Source of the DNA: Hylemonella gracilis
Lineage (GTDB): Bacteria; Pseudomonadota; Gammaproteobacteria; Burkholderiales; Burkholderiaceae_C
Assembly: GCA_945862195.1 (NCBI GenBank)
Contig: CAMAXR010000001.1
Span: forward strand, 6,337 to 70,336
Length of the DNA stretch: 64,000 nt
Direction of reading: 5' to 3'
Below the pieces are notes generated by a model. The model was not told the origin of the DNA and searched no databases. It worked only from the letters and a program-made list of their open reading frames with translations. Numbering within the stretch: the stretch's first letter is position 1; the number at the start of each line of letters is the position of its first letter. The position numbers and the translations under genes were made by a program. Shown one piece after another: positions 20,606-30,691 of the stretch.

Positions 20606-22336
20606 TCAAAGCACTTCGCTGGCAAAGTCTGCCAAGCGCGAGCGCTCGCCGCGCGCCAAGGTGATGTGTCCGCCATGAGGCCAACCCTTGAACTTATCCA
20701 CCGCAAACGTAAGACCTGAGGAGCCCTCGGTCAGGTAAGGCGTGTCAATTTGGGCCAAATTGCCCATGCAAATGATTTTGGTGCCAGGACCTGCGCGGGT
20801 GATCAGCGTTTTCATCTGCTTGGGCGTTAGGTTTTGCGCCTCGTCAATGATGAGGTATTTGTTCAAGAATGTGCGGCCCCGCATAAAGTTCATGCTCTTG
20901 ATTTTGATGCGGCTGCGAATCAGCTCGCTCGTGGCGGCACGACCCCACTCACCCGCACCGGTGTCGGTTTTGCTTAAAACTTCCAAGTTGTCATCCAGCG
21001 CGCCCATCCAAGGGCCCATTTTTTCCTCTTCCGTGCCGGGCAAAAAGCCAATGTCTTCTCCCACGCTGACGGTAGCGCGGGTCACGATGATTTCAGAGTA
21101 ACGGCGGTCGTCTAAGGCTTGAGTTAAGCCGCAGGCTAATGCCATCAAGGTTTTGCCTGTACCTGCGGTGCCGGTAAGCGTTACAAAGTCCACTTCGGGG
21201 TCCATCAGCAGGTTCATTGCGAAATTTTGTTCGCGGTTGCGAGCCGTCACGCCCCAAATGGCATTTTTAAGGTGGGTGTAGTCTTTTAAGGTTTTCAGAA
21301 CAGCGGTTTTGCCGCGAATCTCAGAAACTCTTGCGTACAGGCTAGGCTCGCCGGGTGACTCAAAAAATACAAACTGGTTGATCAGCAAGCTAGGCACGAT
21401 GGGCCCGCTGATTCGGTAAAACGTGTGCTGACCTTGCTGCCAGCTTTCCACTGATTGGCCATGGGTAGACCAAAAATCTCCAGGCAGGGCCAAGGAGCCT
21501 GAATACAGCAGGTCGCCGTCGTCTAGCGTTTTGTCGTTTTGATAGTCATCGGTCGCTAGGCCCAAAGCGCGGGCTTTGACCCGCATGTTGATGTCTTTAG
21601 ACACCAGCACCACCTCACGGCTGGGGTGCTGTTTGCGCATGGCTTCCACCACGCCCAAAATCTGGTTGTCCGCCTTGCCCTGGGGCAGGCTCATGGGCAG
21701 GCTGTAGTCCAAGGGAAGAGTTTGGAAGAGCAAGTTGCCCGTAGCCTCACGGTGTCCGGTGGTATGTAAGGCCAGACCCGCAGCAATGTCTGCACCTTGA
21801 GCACCTGCTAAGGCATCCAAAAGTCGGCTGGTTTGGCGGGCATTGCGAGCAACTTCCGTCATGCCTTTTTTATGACTATCGAGTTCTTCCAGAACAATCA
21901 TAGGCAGGAAAATGTCGTGTTCCTCAAAGCGGAACAGGCACATGGGGTCGTGCAGCAACACGTTGGTGTCCAACACAAACAATTTGGTGGGCCCCGTACT
22001 TTTAGATTTGAGCGCTCTCACTCCCGTTTTGGTTTTGGGAAGTGGCTGCAGGTTGGATGTGCTGGGTTGGGGGTTGGCACTTGTGGCACTCGTTGTTTTT
22101 CTTCCTTGGGTTTTGGTGCCGACCTTGTTGGTGGGTCCGGAAACGCCAGCGTCGCCTTGTAAACCAAGGCTAGAGGTATGGTTTTGGTCATCTCTAGCTT
22201 CTTGGGTAAGGCTGGCACGAGGGGGCATGGCCTCTGAACTGGAAGCGCCAAGTTTGGACTTGTGGCGCGCGGGGGCATCAAAAGCTTCTGGTACGAGAAG
22301 AGCGGCGCGTTTGGTCGGGGCTGGAGGAAGTGGCAT
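20606..22336 (-). CDS. PIN domain-PhoH ATPase fusion (PhoH2-like) with low-complexity N-terminal extension
   Basis: PIN motifs VLDTNVLL, EELD, SKDINMR; GTAGTGKT, GFLPG, RGRT, DEAQN; start at MPLPPAP. Confidence 0.93.
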   Translation of the reverse strand: MPLPPAPTKRAALLVPEAFDAPARHKSKLGASSSEAMPPRASLTQEARDDQNHTSSLGLQGDAGVSGPTNKVGTKTQGRKTTSATSANPQPSTSNLQPLPKTKTGVRALKSKSTGPTKLFVLDTNVLLHDPMCLFRFEEHDIFLPMIVLEELDSHKKGMTEVARNARQTSRLLDALAGAQGADIAAGLALHTTGHREATGNLLFQTLPLDYSLPMSLPQGKADNQILGVVEAMRKQHPSREVVLVSKDINMRVKARALGLATDDYQNDKTLDDGDLLYSGSLALPGDFWSTHGQSVESWQQGQHTFYRISGPIVPSLLINQFVFFESPGEPSLYARVSEIRGKTAVLKTLKDYTHLKNAIWGVTARNREQNFAMNLLMDPEVDFVTLTGTAGTGKTLMALACGLTQALDDRRYSEIIVTRATVSVGEDIGFLPGTEEEKMGPWMGALDDNLEVLSKTDTGAGEWGRAATSELIRSRIKIKSMNFMRGRTFLNKYLIIDEAQNLTPKQMKTLITRAGPGTKIICMGNLAQIDTPYLTEGSSGLTFAVDKFKGWPHGGHITLARGERSRLADFASEVL

Positions 22337-22360
22337 GGACAGTAAATCAGAGAGTGGAAT

Positions 22361-22396
22361 AAAAAAAGCCGCGGGCACCATCAGCGCCAGCGGCTT
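22361..22396 (-). terminator. Terminator/attenuator hairpin in the PhoH leader
   Basis: Minus strand AAGCCGC-T-GGCGC-TGATG-GTGCC-C-GCGGC followed by T7, ending about 25 nt before the ATG. Confidence 0.8.
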
Positions 22397-22443
22397 GTCT
22401 CTTGGGAGCTACACACAGTTACAAACTTAGAACTCTTATGCAT
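22381..22443 (-). CDS. Putative leader peptide MHKSSKFVTVCSSQETSRWR
   Basis: ATG-to-TGA frame of 21 codons; its last codons form the terminator 5' arm and its stop lies in the loop; CATAAT just upstream at 22452-22457. Confidence 0.5.
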   Translation of the reverse strand: MHKSSKFVTVCSSQETSRWR

Positions 22444-22514
22444 GAAAAATCATTATGCATGAGCCGTGTGAATGTCCTTTGCTTGAGCCTCCAACACCAC
22501 AGGGGGCAGAAATT

Positions 22515-22997
22515 TTAGGCAGCAGCCAATTTTTTGAGAGCTTTGACCGCTTTAAGCACCTCTTCGACGTGTCCAGGCACTTTAAGGCCGCGCCACTCTT
22601 GCTTTAATAGGCCATCAGAGCCAATCAAAAAGGTGCTGCGCTCGATACCTTTGACCTTTTTGCCATACATGATCTTGTTTTTGACCACGCCAAACATGTG
22701 ACACATCTTTTCTTCTGTGTCCGCAATGAGCTCAAAAGGCAGTTCAAGTTTGGTTTTAAAGTCGTCGTGAGACTTCATGTTGTCGCGTGAAACCCCAAAA
22801 ACGGTGGCACCAGCTTTAACAAATTGTTTGTAGCTGTCACGGAACTGCATGGCCTCAGTGGTACAACCGGGCGTGTTGTCTTTGGGATAGAAGTACAAAA
22901 TGATGGTCTGGCCCAAATGAGACACATTGGAAACCTTGATGCCACCAGTGGCATTGGCTTCAAATTCGGGTAGGGGTTTATTGACAACGATCGCCAT
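22515..22997 (-). CDS. bcp: Peroxiredoxin Q/Bcp
   Basis: YFYPKDNTPGCTTEA and IERSTFLI. Confidence 0.93.
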   Translation of the reverse strand: MAIVVNKPLPEFEANATGGIKVSNVSHLGQTIILYFYPKDNTPGCTTEAMQFRDSYKQFVKAGATVFGVSRDNMKSHDDFKTKLELPFELIADTEEKMCHMFGVVKNKIMYGKKVKGIERSTFLIGSDGLLKQEWRGLKVPGHVEEVLKAVKALKKLAAA

Positions 22998-23070
22998 AGT
23001 TTGAATATTGAGTAACAGGTCGACCCTGCTCGTAGCGCAAGCGCTAATTTTATCCTGTTTTTACCCCAGC

Positions 23071-23436
23071 CTACAAAAGCAATGCCACCACCACGTGGCG
23101 TCCCTCTCCAGACAATATATTGAAGGTTCTGCAAGCGGCAGGAGAAGTCATGGTTTCCAAGCCAATGCCTTGCGCCATCAATTGGCTGTAAAGGCGTGGA
23201 TGGGGGAATCGCTGTTTTGCTCCTGTGCCCAGCAGAACCAACTCTGGCTTTAAATCGCCCAAGACTGAAAAATGCTCCGGTTGGAGTTCATCAAACCCTG
23301 AAGTTTGCCAAGCTGAATAACTGGAGTGTGAGTCAATCACGACGTTGTACTTCAGCAATTGGCCGTTCACGCTGATCCACCCGGGGCCATAAGACGTGAT
23401 GGTTTGCGTAGTGTGGGCGTCGGCTTGTAGCTTCAT
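23071..23436 (-). CDS. Mth938-like (DUF498) protein
   Basis: LLGTGAKQRF and MTSPAACRTFNILSGEGR. Confidence 0.9.
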   Translation of the reverse strand: MKLQADAHTTQTITSYGPGWISVNGQLLKYNVVIDSHSSYSAWQTSGFDELQPEHFSVLGDLKPELVLLGTGAKQRFPHPRLYSQLMAQGIGLETMTSPAACRTFNILSGEGRHVVVALLL

Positions 23437-23492
23437 GAAGGTGCTTAAGTTGTGTTCAAATTATAGGTTTCCCCTCTTATTGAAAGCTTAGA

Positions 23493-24731
23493 TTGACCCT
23501 GTCAACTGTTCAAAAATCGGCCAAGCTCGCCAATGTGTGTTACGACATTCGGGGGCCCGTCATGGAGCGGGCCAAGCAGATGGAGGAGGACGGCCACTCC
23601 ATCATCAAGCTCAATATTGGCAATTTGGCGGTGTTTGGTTTTGAAGCGCCCGAAGAAATTCGCCAGGACATGATCCGCAACTTGCCCAGTGCTGCGGCGT
23701 ATTCCGACAGTAAAGGCATTTTTGTGGCCCGTAAAGCGGTGATGCAGTACACCCAAGAGCAGGGTATCAAGGGCGTGGTGCTGGACGACATTTACCTAGG
23801 TAATGGCGCCAGTGAGCTGATCGTCATGGCCACCAACGCCTTGCTGAACGATGGCGATGAAATGCTGCTTCCTTCCCCGGATTACCCGTTGTGGACCGCT
23901 GCGGTGAGTTTGTCGGGCGGAACACCTGTGCACTATTTGTGCGATGAATCCCAAGGTTGGATGCCCGACCTGCACGATATTCGCTCCAAAATCACGCCCC
24001 GAACCAAAGGTATCGTGGTCATCAACCCCAACAACCCCACTGGCGCCTTGTATACAGAGGAGTTGCTGCTGGGTATTTTGGAGATTGCACGCGAACACGG
24101 TTTGGTCTTAATGGCCGACGAGGTCTACGACAAAGTGCTTTTCGACGGAGCCCGGCACACCGCCATGGCCAGTTTGTCTGAAGACGTGGTCACCTTGACC
24201 TTCAATTCGCTGTCAAAAAGCTACCGTTCTTGCGGTTACCGGTCTGGCTGGATGGTCATTTCTGGAGACAAAAAGCGCGCCCGTGACTACATTGAGGGGC
24301 TCAATATGCTCTCTTCCATGCGCTTGTGCGCCAATGTGCCGGGGCAATGGGCTATTCAGACGGCCTTGGGTGGCTACCAGACCATCAACGACTTGATTTG
24401 TGAGGGTGGCCGTTTGCGCCGTCAGCGCGATTTGGCCTATGAGTTGATTTCCGCCATCCCCGGGGTCACTTGCCACAAACCCAGTGCGGGTCTTTACATG
24501 TTTCCTAAGCTTGATCCCGAGATGTACCCGATTGAGGATGACCAACAATTTGTATTGGAGCTTTTGGAGCAAACGCGTGTCTTGCTGGTGCAGGGCACCG
24601 GGTTCAACTGGCCGCAGCCTGATCATTTCCGCATTGTGTTTTTGCCGCATGAGGAAGATCTTCGAGATGCCATCAACAGAATTGCCAAATTTTTAGAGCT
24701 TTACCGCAAAAAGCGCGGGAGCAAAAAGTGA
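23493..24731 (+). CDS. alaA: PLP-dependent alanine aminotransferase
   Basis: NVCYDIRGP, LNIGN, PDYPLWT, INPNNPTG, SLSKSYR. Confidence 0.9.
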   Translation: MTLSTVQKSAKLANVCYDIRGPVMERAKQMEEDGHSIIKLNIGNLAVFGFEAPEEIRQDMIRNLPSAAAYSDSKGIFVARKAVMQYTQEQGIKGVVLDDIYLGNGASELIVMATNALLNDGDEMLLPSPDYPLWTAAVSLSGGTPVHYLCDESQGWMPDLHDIRSKITPRTKGIVVINPNNPTGALYTEELLLGILEIAREHGLVLMADEVYDKVLFDGARHTAMASLSEDVVTLTFNSLSKSYRSCGYRSGWMVISGDKKRARDYIEGLNMLSSMRLCANVPGQWAIQTALGGYQTINDLICEGGRLRRQRDLAYELISAIPGVTCHKPSAGLYMFPKLDPEMYPIEDDQQFVLELLEQTRVLLVQGTGFNWPQPDHFRIVFLPHEEDLRDAINRIAKFLELYRKKRGSKK

Positions 24732-26092
24732 TGAAACCTATACAAGTGGGCCTCATAGGCATGGGCACCGTGGGCACGGGTACCTTTGAGGTTCTCAAGC
24801 GCAACCAAGAAGAAATCAAGCGCCGTGCAGGTCGTGGCATTGAAATCACCATGATTGCCGACCTCAATACCGCTCGCGCCCAAGTGCTGGCAGGACCTGC
24901 GGTTCAAGTCGTCCCGAATGCTCAGGCCCTGATAGACAACCCCAGCATCGACATCGTGGTAGAACTGATTGGGGGCTATGGCGTGGCGCGCGATTTGGTG
25001 ATGAAGGCCATAGCCGCGGGCAAACATGTTGTGACGGCCAATAAGGCTTTGCTGGCAGTGCATGGCACCGAAATTTTTGCCGCAGCGCACGCCAAGGGTG
25101 TGATGGTGGCTTTTGAGGCCGCGGTGGCAGGTGGGATTCCTATCATCAAGTCACTGCGCGAGGGCTTGACCGCCAACCGCATCCAATGGATTGCAGGCAT
25201 CATCAACGGTACCACCAATTTCATTTTGTCCGAGATGCGAAGCAAAGGCTTGGATTTTTCGGTGGTGCTCAAAGAGGCGCAGCGCTTGGGCTATGCCGAG
25301 GCGGATCCCACTTTTGACATTGAAGGCGTGGACGCCGCCCATAAAGCCACCTTAATGTCTGCCATTGCTTTTGGTATTCCGGTGCAGTTTGACAAGGCCT
25401 ATGTAGAAGGCATTACCCAACTGGAAGCACAAGACATTCAGTACGCCGAACAGTTGGGTTACCGCATTAAGCTTTTGGGTATTGCCAAGCGGCGCGAAGC
25501 CAACTCTAAAACCCACTCTCCTGCGGGCGTGGAGCTCAGGGTGCACCCCAGCTTAGTGCCCACCTCGCGCTTGATTGCCAATGTGGAAGGCGCCATGAAT
25601 GCGGTGATGGTGCAGGGCGATGCAGTGGGCACCACTTTGTATTACGGCAAGGGCGCGGGTTCTGAGCCCACAGCCAGCTCTGTGATTGCCGATTTGGTGG
25701 ACATCACGCGTCTGCACACCGCAGACCCCCAAAACCGCGTGCCCCATTTGGCCTTTCAGCCCGATGCCATGAGCGATTTGCCGGTGTTGCCCATGGATGA
25801 GGTGGTGACCAGCTATTACCTGCGTTTGCGTGTGGCCGATGAGGCCGGTGTATTGGCCAAGGTCACGGGTATTTTGGCCACGGAAAACATCAGCATTGAT
25901 GCAGTGTTGCAGCGCGAGGCCGACCAAGTTCAGCCGTCAGAGCCTGGGGCCACCTCTGTGCCTCAAACCGACTTGATTATTCTGACCCACGATGCGAGGG
26001 AAGGCACCATGAACCGAGCCTTGGCGTCCTTGCAGGCTTTGTCTACAGTCCTGAAGCCCATCGTGCGCATTCGCAAGGAAGAGTTGGCCTGA
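24731..26092 (+). CDS. hom: Homoserine dehydrogenase
   Basis: GMGTVG, VTANK, EAAVAGGIP, NGTTN, GYAEADP, C-terminal ACT domain. Confidence 0.97.
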   Translation: MKPIQVGLIGMGTVGTGTFEVLKRNQEEIKRRAGRGIEITMIADLNTARAQVLAGPAVQVVPNAQALIDNPSIDIVVELIGGYGVARDLVMKAIAAGKHVVTANKALLAVHGTEIFAAAHAKGVMVAFEAAVAGGIPIIKSLREGLTANRIQWIAGIINGTTNFILSEMRSKGLDFSVVLKEAQRLGYAEADPTFDIEGVDAAHKATLMSAIAFGIPVQFDKAYVEGITQLEAQDIQYAEQLGYRIKLLGIAKRREANSKTHSPAGVELRVHPSLVPTSRLIANVEGAMNAVMVQGDAVGTTLYYGKGAGSEPTASSVIADLVDITRLHTADPQNRVPHLAFQPDAMSDLPVLPMDEVVTSYYLRLRVADEAGVLAKVTGILATENISIDAVLQREADQVQPSEPGATSVPQTDLIILTHDAREGTMNRALASLQALSTVLKPIVRIRKEELA

Positions 26093-27528
26093 TGAACTAC
26101 CTGAGTACCCGCGCCAGCCGCCCATCGGGCACTGGCAGCGTGCCCCTCAAGCGGTTTTGCGAAATTTTGCTAGAGGGTCTAGCTCCAGACGGTGGTTTGT
26201 ACCTGCCTGAGTCATACCCCCAGGTTTCTGCTCAGCAGCTTGAAGCCTGGCGCCATTTGCCCTACGCAGATTTGGCCTTTGAAATTTTGTTGCTTTACAT
26301 AGACGACATTCCCGCCCCAGACCTGCGAGACATCTGCCGCGCCACCTACACAGAGGCCGTGTTTGGCTCGCCCCAAATTGCTCCGCTCAAGCCCTTGGGT
26401 TCGGGTATGTCTCTTTTAGGCTTGTCCAACGGACCCACATTGGCTTTTAAAGACATGGCCATGCAGCTGCTGGGCCATTTGTTTGAATACGAGCTGGCTC
26501 GGCGTGGCGAGCAACTCAACATTCTGGGCGCCACCAGCGGAGATACGGGTAGTGCGGCCGAATACGCTATGCGTGGCAAGCAAGGCGTGAGGGTGTTCAT
26601 GACCAGCCCTCATGGGCGCATGAGCCCCTTTCAGCAGGCGCAAATGTTCAGTTTGCAAGATGCCAACATCCACAACTTGGCCATTGAAGGGGTGTTTGAC
26701 GATTGCCAAGACATCGTCAAAGCTGTTTCCAACGACTTAGATTTCAAACGCGCTTACAAAATAGGCACCGTCAACTCCATCAATTGGGCGCGTCTGGTCG
26801 CTCAAGTGGTGTACTACTTTGCAGGGTACTTTCAAGCTACACGCACCAGCACCGAACGCGTGAGCTTTGCCGTGCCCTCTGGCAACTTTGGCAATGTCTG
26901 CGCCGGACATGTGGCTCGCATGATGGGCTTGCCCATTGATCGTTTGGTGGTGGCCACCAATGAAAACGACGTGTTGGACGAATTTTTCCGAACCGGTGTT
27001 TATCGGGTCCGGGGAAGTACTGATACCTTTGAAACCTCAAGCCCCTCCATGGACATTTCCAAGGCGTCCAACTTTGAGCGCTTTGTATTCGATTTATTGG
27101 GTAGGGACGGTGCGCGCGTTCAGCAATTGTTTGGGGTGGACTTGCCCCAAAAAGGTTGCTTTGACTTAAGCGCCGACTCTAGGTTTCAAGAGGCGCAGCA
27201 GCGGTACGGCTTTGTCAGCGGCAAAAGCACCCATAACCAAAGGCTGCACACCATCCGCCAGACTTATGAGCAATGGGGTCTGATGGTTGACCCCCATACG
27301 GCAGACGGCCTAAAGGTGGCGCAAGAGCACTTCAATCCCCATGTCCCCATGATTGTTTTAGAAACAGCGCTGCCCATTAAATTCGCCTCTACCCTCGTGG
27401 AAGCTCTAGGCCGCTCGCCTGACCGACCTGCTGCATTTGAGGGGATTGAAGCCTTGCCCAAGCGCGTTCGACTTATGTCTGCGGATGTAGAGCAGGTCAA
27501 AAAATTCATCGTTGAGCAGTGCAAGTAA
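26092..27528 (+). CDS. thrC: Threonine synthase
   Basis: GLAPDGGL, GPTLAFKD, ATSGDTG, VNSINWAR, PSGNFG. Confidence 0.97.
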   Translation: MNYLSTRASRPSGTGSVPLKRFCEILLEGLAPDGGLYLPESYPQVSAQQLEAWRHLPYADLAFEILLLYIDDIPAPDLRDICRATYTEAVFGSPQIAPLKPLGSGMSLLGLSNGPTLAFKDMAMQLLGHLFEYELARRGEQLNILGATSGDTGSAAEYAMRGKQGVRVFMTSPHGRMSPFQQAQMFSLQDANIHNLAIEGVFDDCQDIVKAVSNDLDFKRAYKIGTVNSINWARLVAQVVYYFAGYFQATRTSTERVSFAVPSGNFGNVCAGHVARMMGLPIDRLVVATNENDVLDEFFRTGVYRVRGSTDTFETSSPSMDISKASNFERFVFDLLGRDGARVQQLFGVDLPQKGCFDLSADSRFQEAQQRYGFVSGKSTHNQRLHTIRQTYEQWGLMVDPHTADGLKVAQEHFNPHVPMIVLETALPIKFASTLVEALGRSPDRPAAFEGIEALPKRVRLMSADVEQVKKFIVEQCK

Positions 27529-28784
27529 ACACATCGCGCCCACCTTTAAAGTCTCTAGACGCGGCATTGGCGGAGCTGTTGGTCCATGCCCAACCTCTTA
27601 AGGGTGTAGATGAGGTCAGCACCTTTGAAGCTGATGGACGGGTATTGGCCAGCGATGTGGTCTCGTCCTTGCAAGTGCCGCCCTTAGACAACAGCGCTAT
27701 GGATGGTTACGCGGTGCGGTGTGTAGACACCGCCACGCCTGACGCTGTGCTGCAAGTCACCCAGCGCATTCCCGCTGGGAGCGTGGGCAATTTATTGGCT
27801 GCAGGCCAATGTGCGCGTATTTTTACGGGCGCCCCTATTCCTCCAGGGGCTGACGCGGTGGTGATGCAAGAAGACTGCGTGTTGTTAGACCTATCCGACC
27901 ACCCCATACCGTCCATCCGGGTGCGCTCTTCCCCAACCGCAGGCCAATGGATCAGGCGCGCGGGCGAAGATGTCACCCGTGGCGCCCAAGTCCTGTCTCA
28001 GGGGCAGCGTTTAACCCCCGCGTCGTTGGGTCTGGCAGCGAGCATGGGACTTAGCATTCTGCGTGTGGCTAGGCGTCCTAAGGTGGCGCTGTTTTCAACG
28101 GGAGATGAACTCGTCATGCCCGGAGACATTGCGCCAGAGCACATGCCAGCGGGCGCCATTTACAACTCCAACCGGTTTTTTCTGCGCGCTTTATTGAATC
28201 GATTGGGGTGTGACGTGACTGACTTCGGCATCGTGCCCGATCAACGCGCGGCCACCCTAAACGCCTTGCGCGACGCTGCGGCTCACCATGACCTGATTTT
28301 GACCAGTGGGGGCGTGTCGGTGGGCGAAGAAGACCATATCAAACCCGCCGTTCAACATTTGGGGCAGTTAGACCTTTGGCAAATCGCCATCAAGCCGGGT
28401 AAGCCTTTTGCGTACGGCAAGATTCGTCGCGCTACAGATTCAGACTGCCATTTTTGTGGTTTGCCAGGCAACCCCGTGTCCAGCTTCATGACTTTCTTGT
28501 TGTTGGTGCGCCCCTTTTTACTGAGGCTGCAAGGTTGTCAACAGGTGGCCCCCCAATCCTTCCCCTTGGCGGCGCATTTCAATTGGCCGCGCGCTGACAA
28601 ACGGCAAGAGTTCTTAAGGGTCCAACTCAATGCTTCGGGCGGTCTGGAATTGTTTTCCAACCAAAGTTCTGGGGTCTTGACCTCTGCCGTTTGGGGCGAC
28701 GGTGTGGTCAACAACCCCGCAGGCCAAACCATTGCGCATGGGGATATGGTGCAATTCATTTCCTTTGCCAACTTGTTGAACTAG
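27519..28784 (+). CDS. moeA: Molybdopterin molybdotransferase
   Basis: SAMDGYA, IFTGAP, STGDEL, SGGVSVG, KPGKP, LPGNP. Confidence 0.96.
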   Translation: MQVNTSRPPLKSLDAALAELLVHAQPLKGVDEVSTFEADGRVLASDVVSSLQVPPLDNSAMDGYAVRCVDTATPDAVLQVTQRIPAGSVGNLLAAGQCARIFTGAPIPPGADAVVMQEDCVLLDLSDHPIPSIRVRSSPTAGQWIRRAGEDVTRGAQVLSQGQRLTPASLGLAASMGLSILRVARRPKVALFSTGDELVMPGDIAPEHMPAGAIYNSNRFFLRALLNRLGCDVTDFGIVPDQRAATLNALRDAAAHHDLILTSGGVSVGEEDHIKPAVQHLGQLDLWQIAIKPGKPFAYGKIRRATDSDCHFCGLPGNPVSSFMTFLLLVRPFLLRLQGCQQVAPQSFPLAAHFNWPRADKRQEFLRVQLNASGGLELFSNQSSGVLTSAVWGDGVVNNPAGQTIAHGDMVQFISFANLLN

Positions 28785-28803
28785 CGTCCCTATCCAGCCT
28801 TTC

Positions 28804-29058
28804 ATGAAACGCATCCACATCAAATACTTTGCCTCCATCAGAGAAGCATTGGGCACGGCACAAGAAGACCACACCACGGCATGCGATACCTTGGGCCAGT
28901 TGCGAGACGAACTGGCCGCGCGTAACGCCGCCTCCGCACAAGCCCTGTCTAGAGGGCGAGCCGTTCGGATGGCGCTCAATCAGGTCATGAGCTCAGATGC
29001 TCAGCCGCTGCTCGAGGGTTGCGAAGTGGCTTTTTTCCCACCGGTGACGGGGGGCTGA
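28804..29058 (+). CDS. moaD: Molybdopterin synthase sulfur carrier subunit
   Basis: YFASIRE and C-terminal FFPPVTGG. Confidence 0.96.
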   Translation: MKRIHIKYFASIREALGTAQEDHTTACDTLGQLRDELAARNAASAQALSRGRAVRMALNQVMSSDAQPLLEGCEVAFFPPVTGG

Positions 29059-29059
29059 A

Positions 29060-29581
29060 TTGAGTCTGACTAGTGCGTCCAACACGCCTCGTGTTGTTGT
29101 TCAAACGGCCGACTTTGACCTGTCTCAAGAGGTGGCTTTGCTCAGGTCAAAAAACCCCCAAGTGGGTGCAGTCTGCGCTTTTGTGGGCACAGTGCGCGAC
29201 CGCAATGGAGGGGCTTCTGGTGTGGTTGGAGCAGATGCGGGCAGCATCAGCAGCTTGGAGTTGGAGCATTACCCGGGCATGACCGAGCGAGCCATTGAAG
29301 CCATGATTGACGAAGCATTTGCGCGTTTTAGCATGTTATCGGCTCGCGTTATTCATAGAGTGGGCTTCTTAAAGCCCATGGACCAAATCGTGCTGGTGGC
29401 GGTGACTTCGGCGCACCGTGGTGACAGCTTTCAAGCCTGCGAATTCTTAATGGATTACCTTAAAACCCAAGCGCCCTTTTGGAAAAAAGAAACCACACCA
29501 GAAGGTGCCCGCTGGGTGGACGCCCGAGTCAGTGACGACCAAGCCATGCAAAGATGGGGCATTGAATCCCACAACCTTTAA
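29060..29581 (+). CDS. moaE: Molybdopterin synthase catalytic subunit
   Basis: FVGTVR, LEHYPGMTE, MDYLKTQAPFWKKE. Confidence 0.96.
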   Translation: MSLTSASNTPRVVVQTADFDLSQEVALLRSKNPQVGAVCAFVGTVRDRNGGASGVVGADAGSISSLELEHYPGMTERAIEAMIDEAFARFSMLSARVIHRVGFLKPMDQIVLVAVTSAHRGDSFQACEFLMDYLKTQAPFWKKETTPEGARWVDARVSDDQAMQRWGIESHNL

Positions 29582-29609
29582 CTTTTCACAAAAACCACTA
29601 GGAGACTTT

Positions 29610-30680
29610 ATGACCCCTCAAATGCCCCAAACCCAATCACCAGCTCGTCCAGCCAAGGTGCCTTACAAGCGCATTGCCACCGAAGAAGCTTTTGCCACCC
29701 AGGACATGCTGGACATCTACAACAAAATTTTTGCAAGCGGGACTGCGGATGCGGGTTTTCAAGGCTTGATGGGCTTTTACATGTCCAGCCCCAGCGAACG
29801 CGCCCAGCACATCATGCGTTGCTTGGTCGATTTAGATCAGTTGCGTATTCAGCATATGGACGAGTCCGGCATTGACGTGGCCATTCTGGCGCTCACATCC
29901 CCCGGCGTGCAGGTGATGGACCCCGCCACTGCAGTGTCAGTGGCCATCAACTCCAACGATCAATTGGCCGAGGCCATTCGCCGCCACCCCACCCGCTTTG
30001 CGGGCATGATCACCGTGGCACCGCAAGACCCCGCAGCTGCAGCCAAAGAAATTGAGCGTGGCGTAACCAAGCTGGGCATGAATTCGGTGGTGATCAACTC
30101 GCACACCCAAGGCGAGTATTTGTCCGACCCCAAATTTTGGGACATTTTTGCCGCCGCTGAAGCCCATGACGCACCCATCTATTTGCACCCCAACGCCTTG
30201 CCCCCCCAAATGCTGCAACCTTTCCAGGAGTGCGGACTCGATGGCGCCATTTACGGCTTTGGCGTAGAAACTGGCCTGCACGCTATGCGCATCATCACGG
30301 CGGGTGTGTTTGACCGTTTTCCCAAACTGCGCATGATTTTGGGCCACATGGGCGAGGCTTTGCCCTATTGGGCCTACCGCTTGGATTACATGCACCAAGC
30401 CACCGTGCGTTCCAAGCGCTATGACAGCATGAAGCCTATTCAAAAGCGCCCGAGCGAATACCTGTGCGAGAACTTTTACATCACCAACAGCGGTGTGGCT
30501 TGGGAACACGCCATCAAGTTTGCGCAAGGCTTTATGGGCGTGGACCGCGTGCTCTACGCCATGGACTACCCCTATCAGTACGCTGTGGACGAGGTCAACA
30601 TCTTGGACAATATGAATATGTCCTTGGAAGACAAGACCAAGTTCTTTCAAACCAATGCCGAAACGGTATTTAAACTTTAA
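29610..30680 (+). CDS. Amidohydrolase-superfamily aromatic acid decarboxylase, LigW (5-carboxyvanillate decarboxylase)-like
   Basis: RIATEEAF, LTSPGVQ, APQDP, INSHTQG, YLHP, GHMGE, AMDYPYQ; RBS AGGAGA before ATG 29610. Confidence 0.85.
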   Translation: MTPQMPQTQSPARPAKVPYKRIATEEAFATQDMLDIYNKIFASGTADAGFQGLMGFYMSSPSERAQHIMRCLVDLDQLRIQHMDESGIDVAILALTSPGVQVMDPATAVSVAINSNDQLAEAIRRHPTRFAGMITVAPQDPAAAAKEIERGVTKLGMNSVVINSHTQGEYLSDPKFWDIFAAAEAHDAPIYLHPNALPPQMLQPFQECGLDGAIYGFGVETGLHAMRIITAGVFDRFPKLRMILGHMGEALPYWAYRLDYMHQATVRSKRYDSMKPIQKRPSEYLCENFYITNSGVAWEHAIKFAQGFMGVDRVLYAMDYPYQYAVDEVNILDNMNMSLEDKTKFFQTNAETVFKL

Positions 30681-30691
30681 AGGAACCCCAT

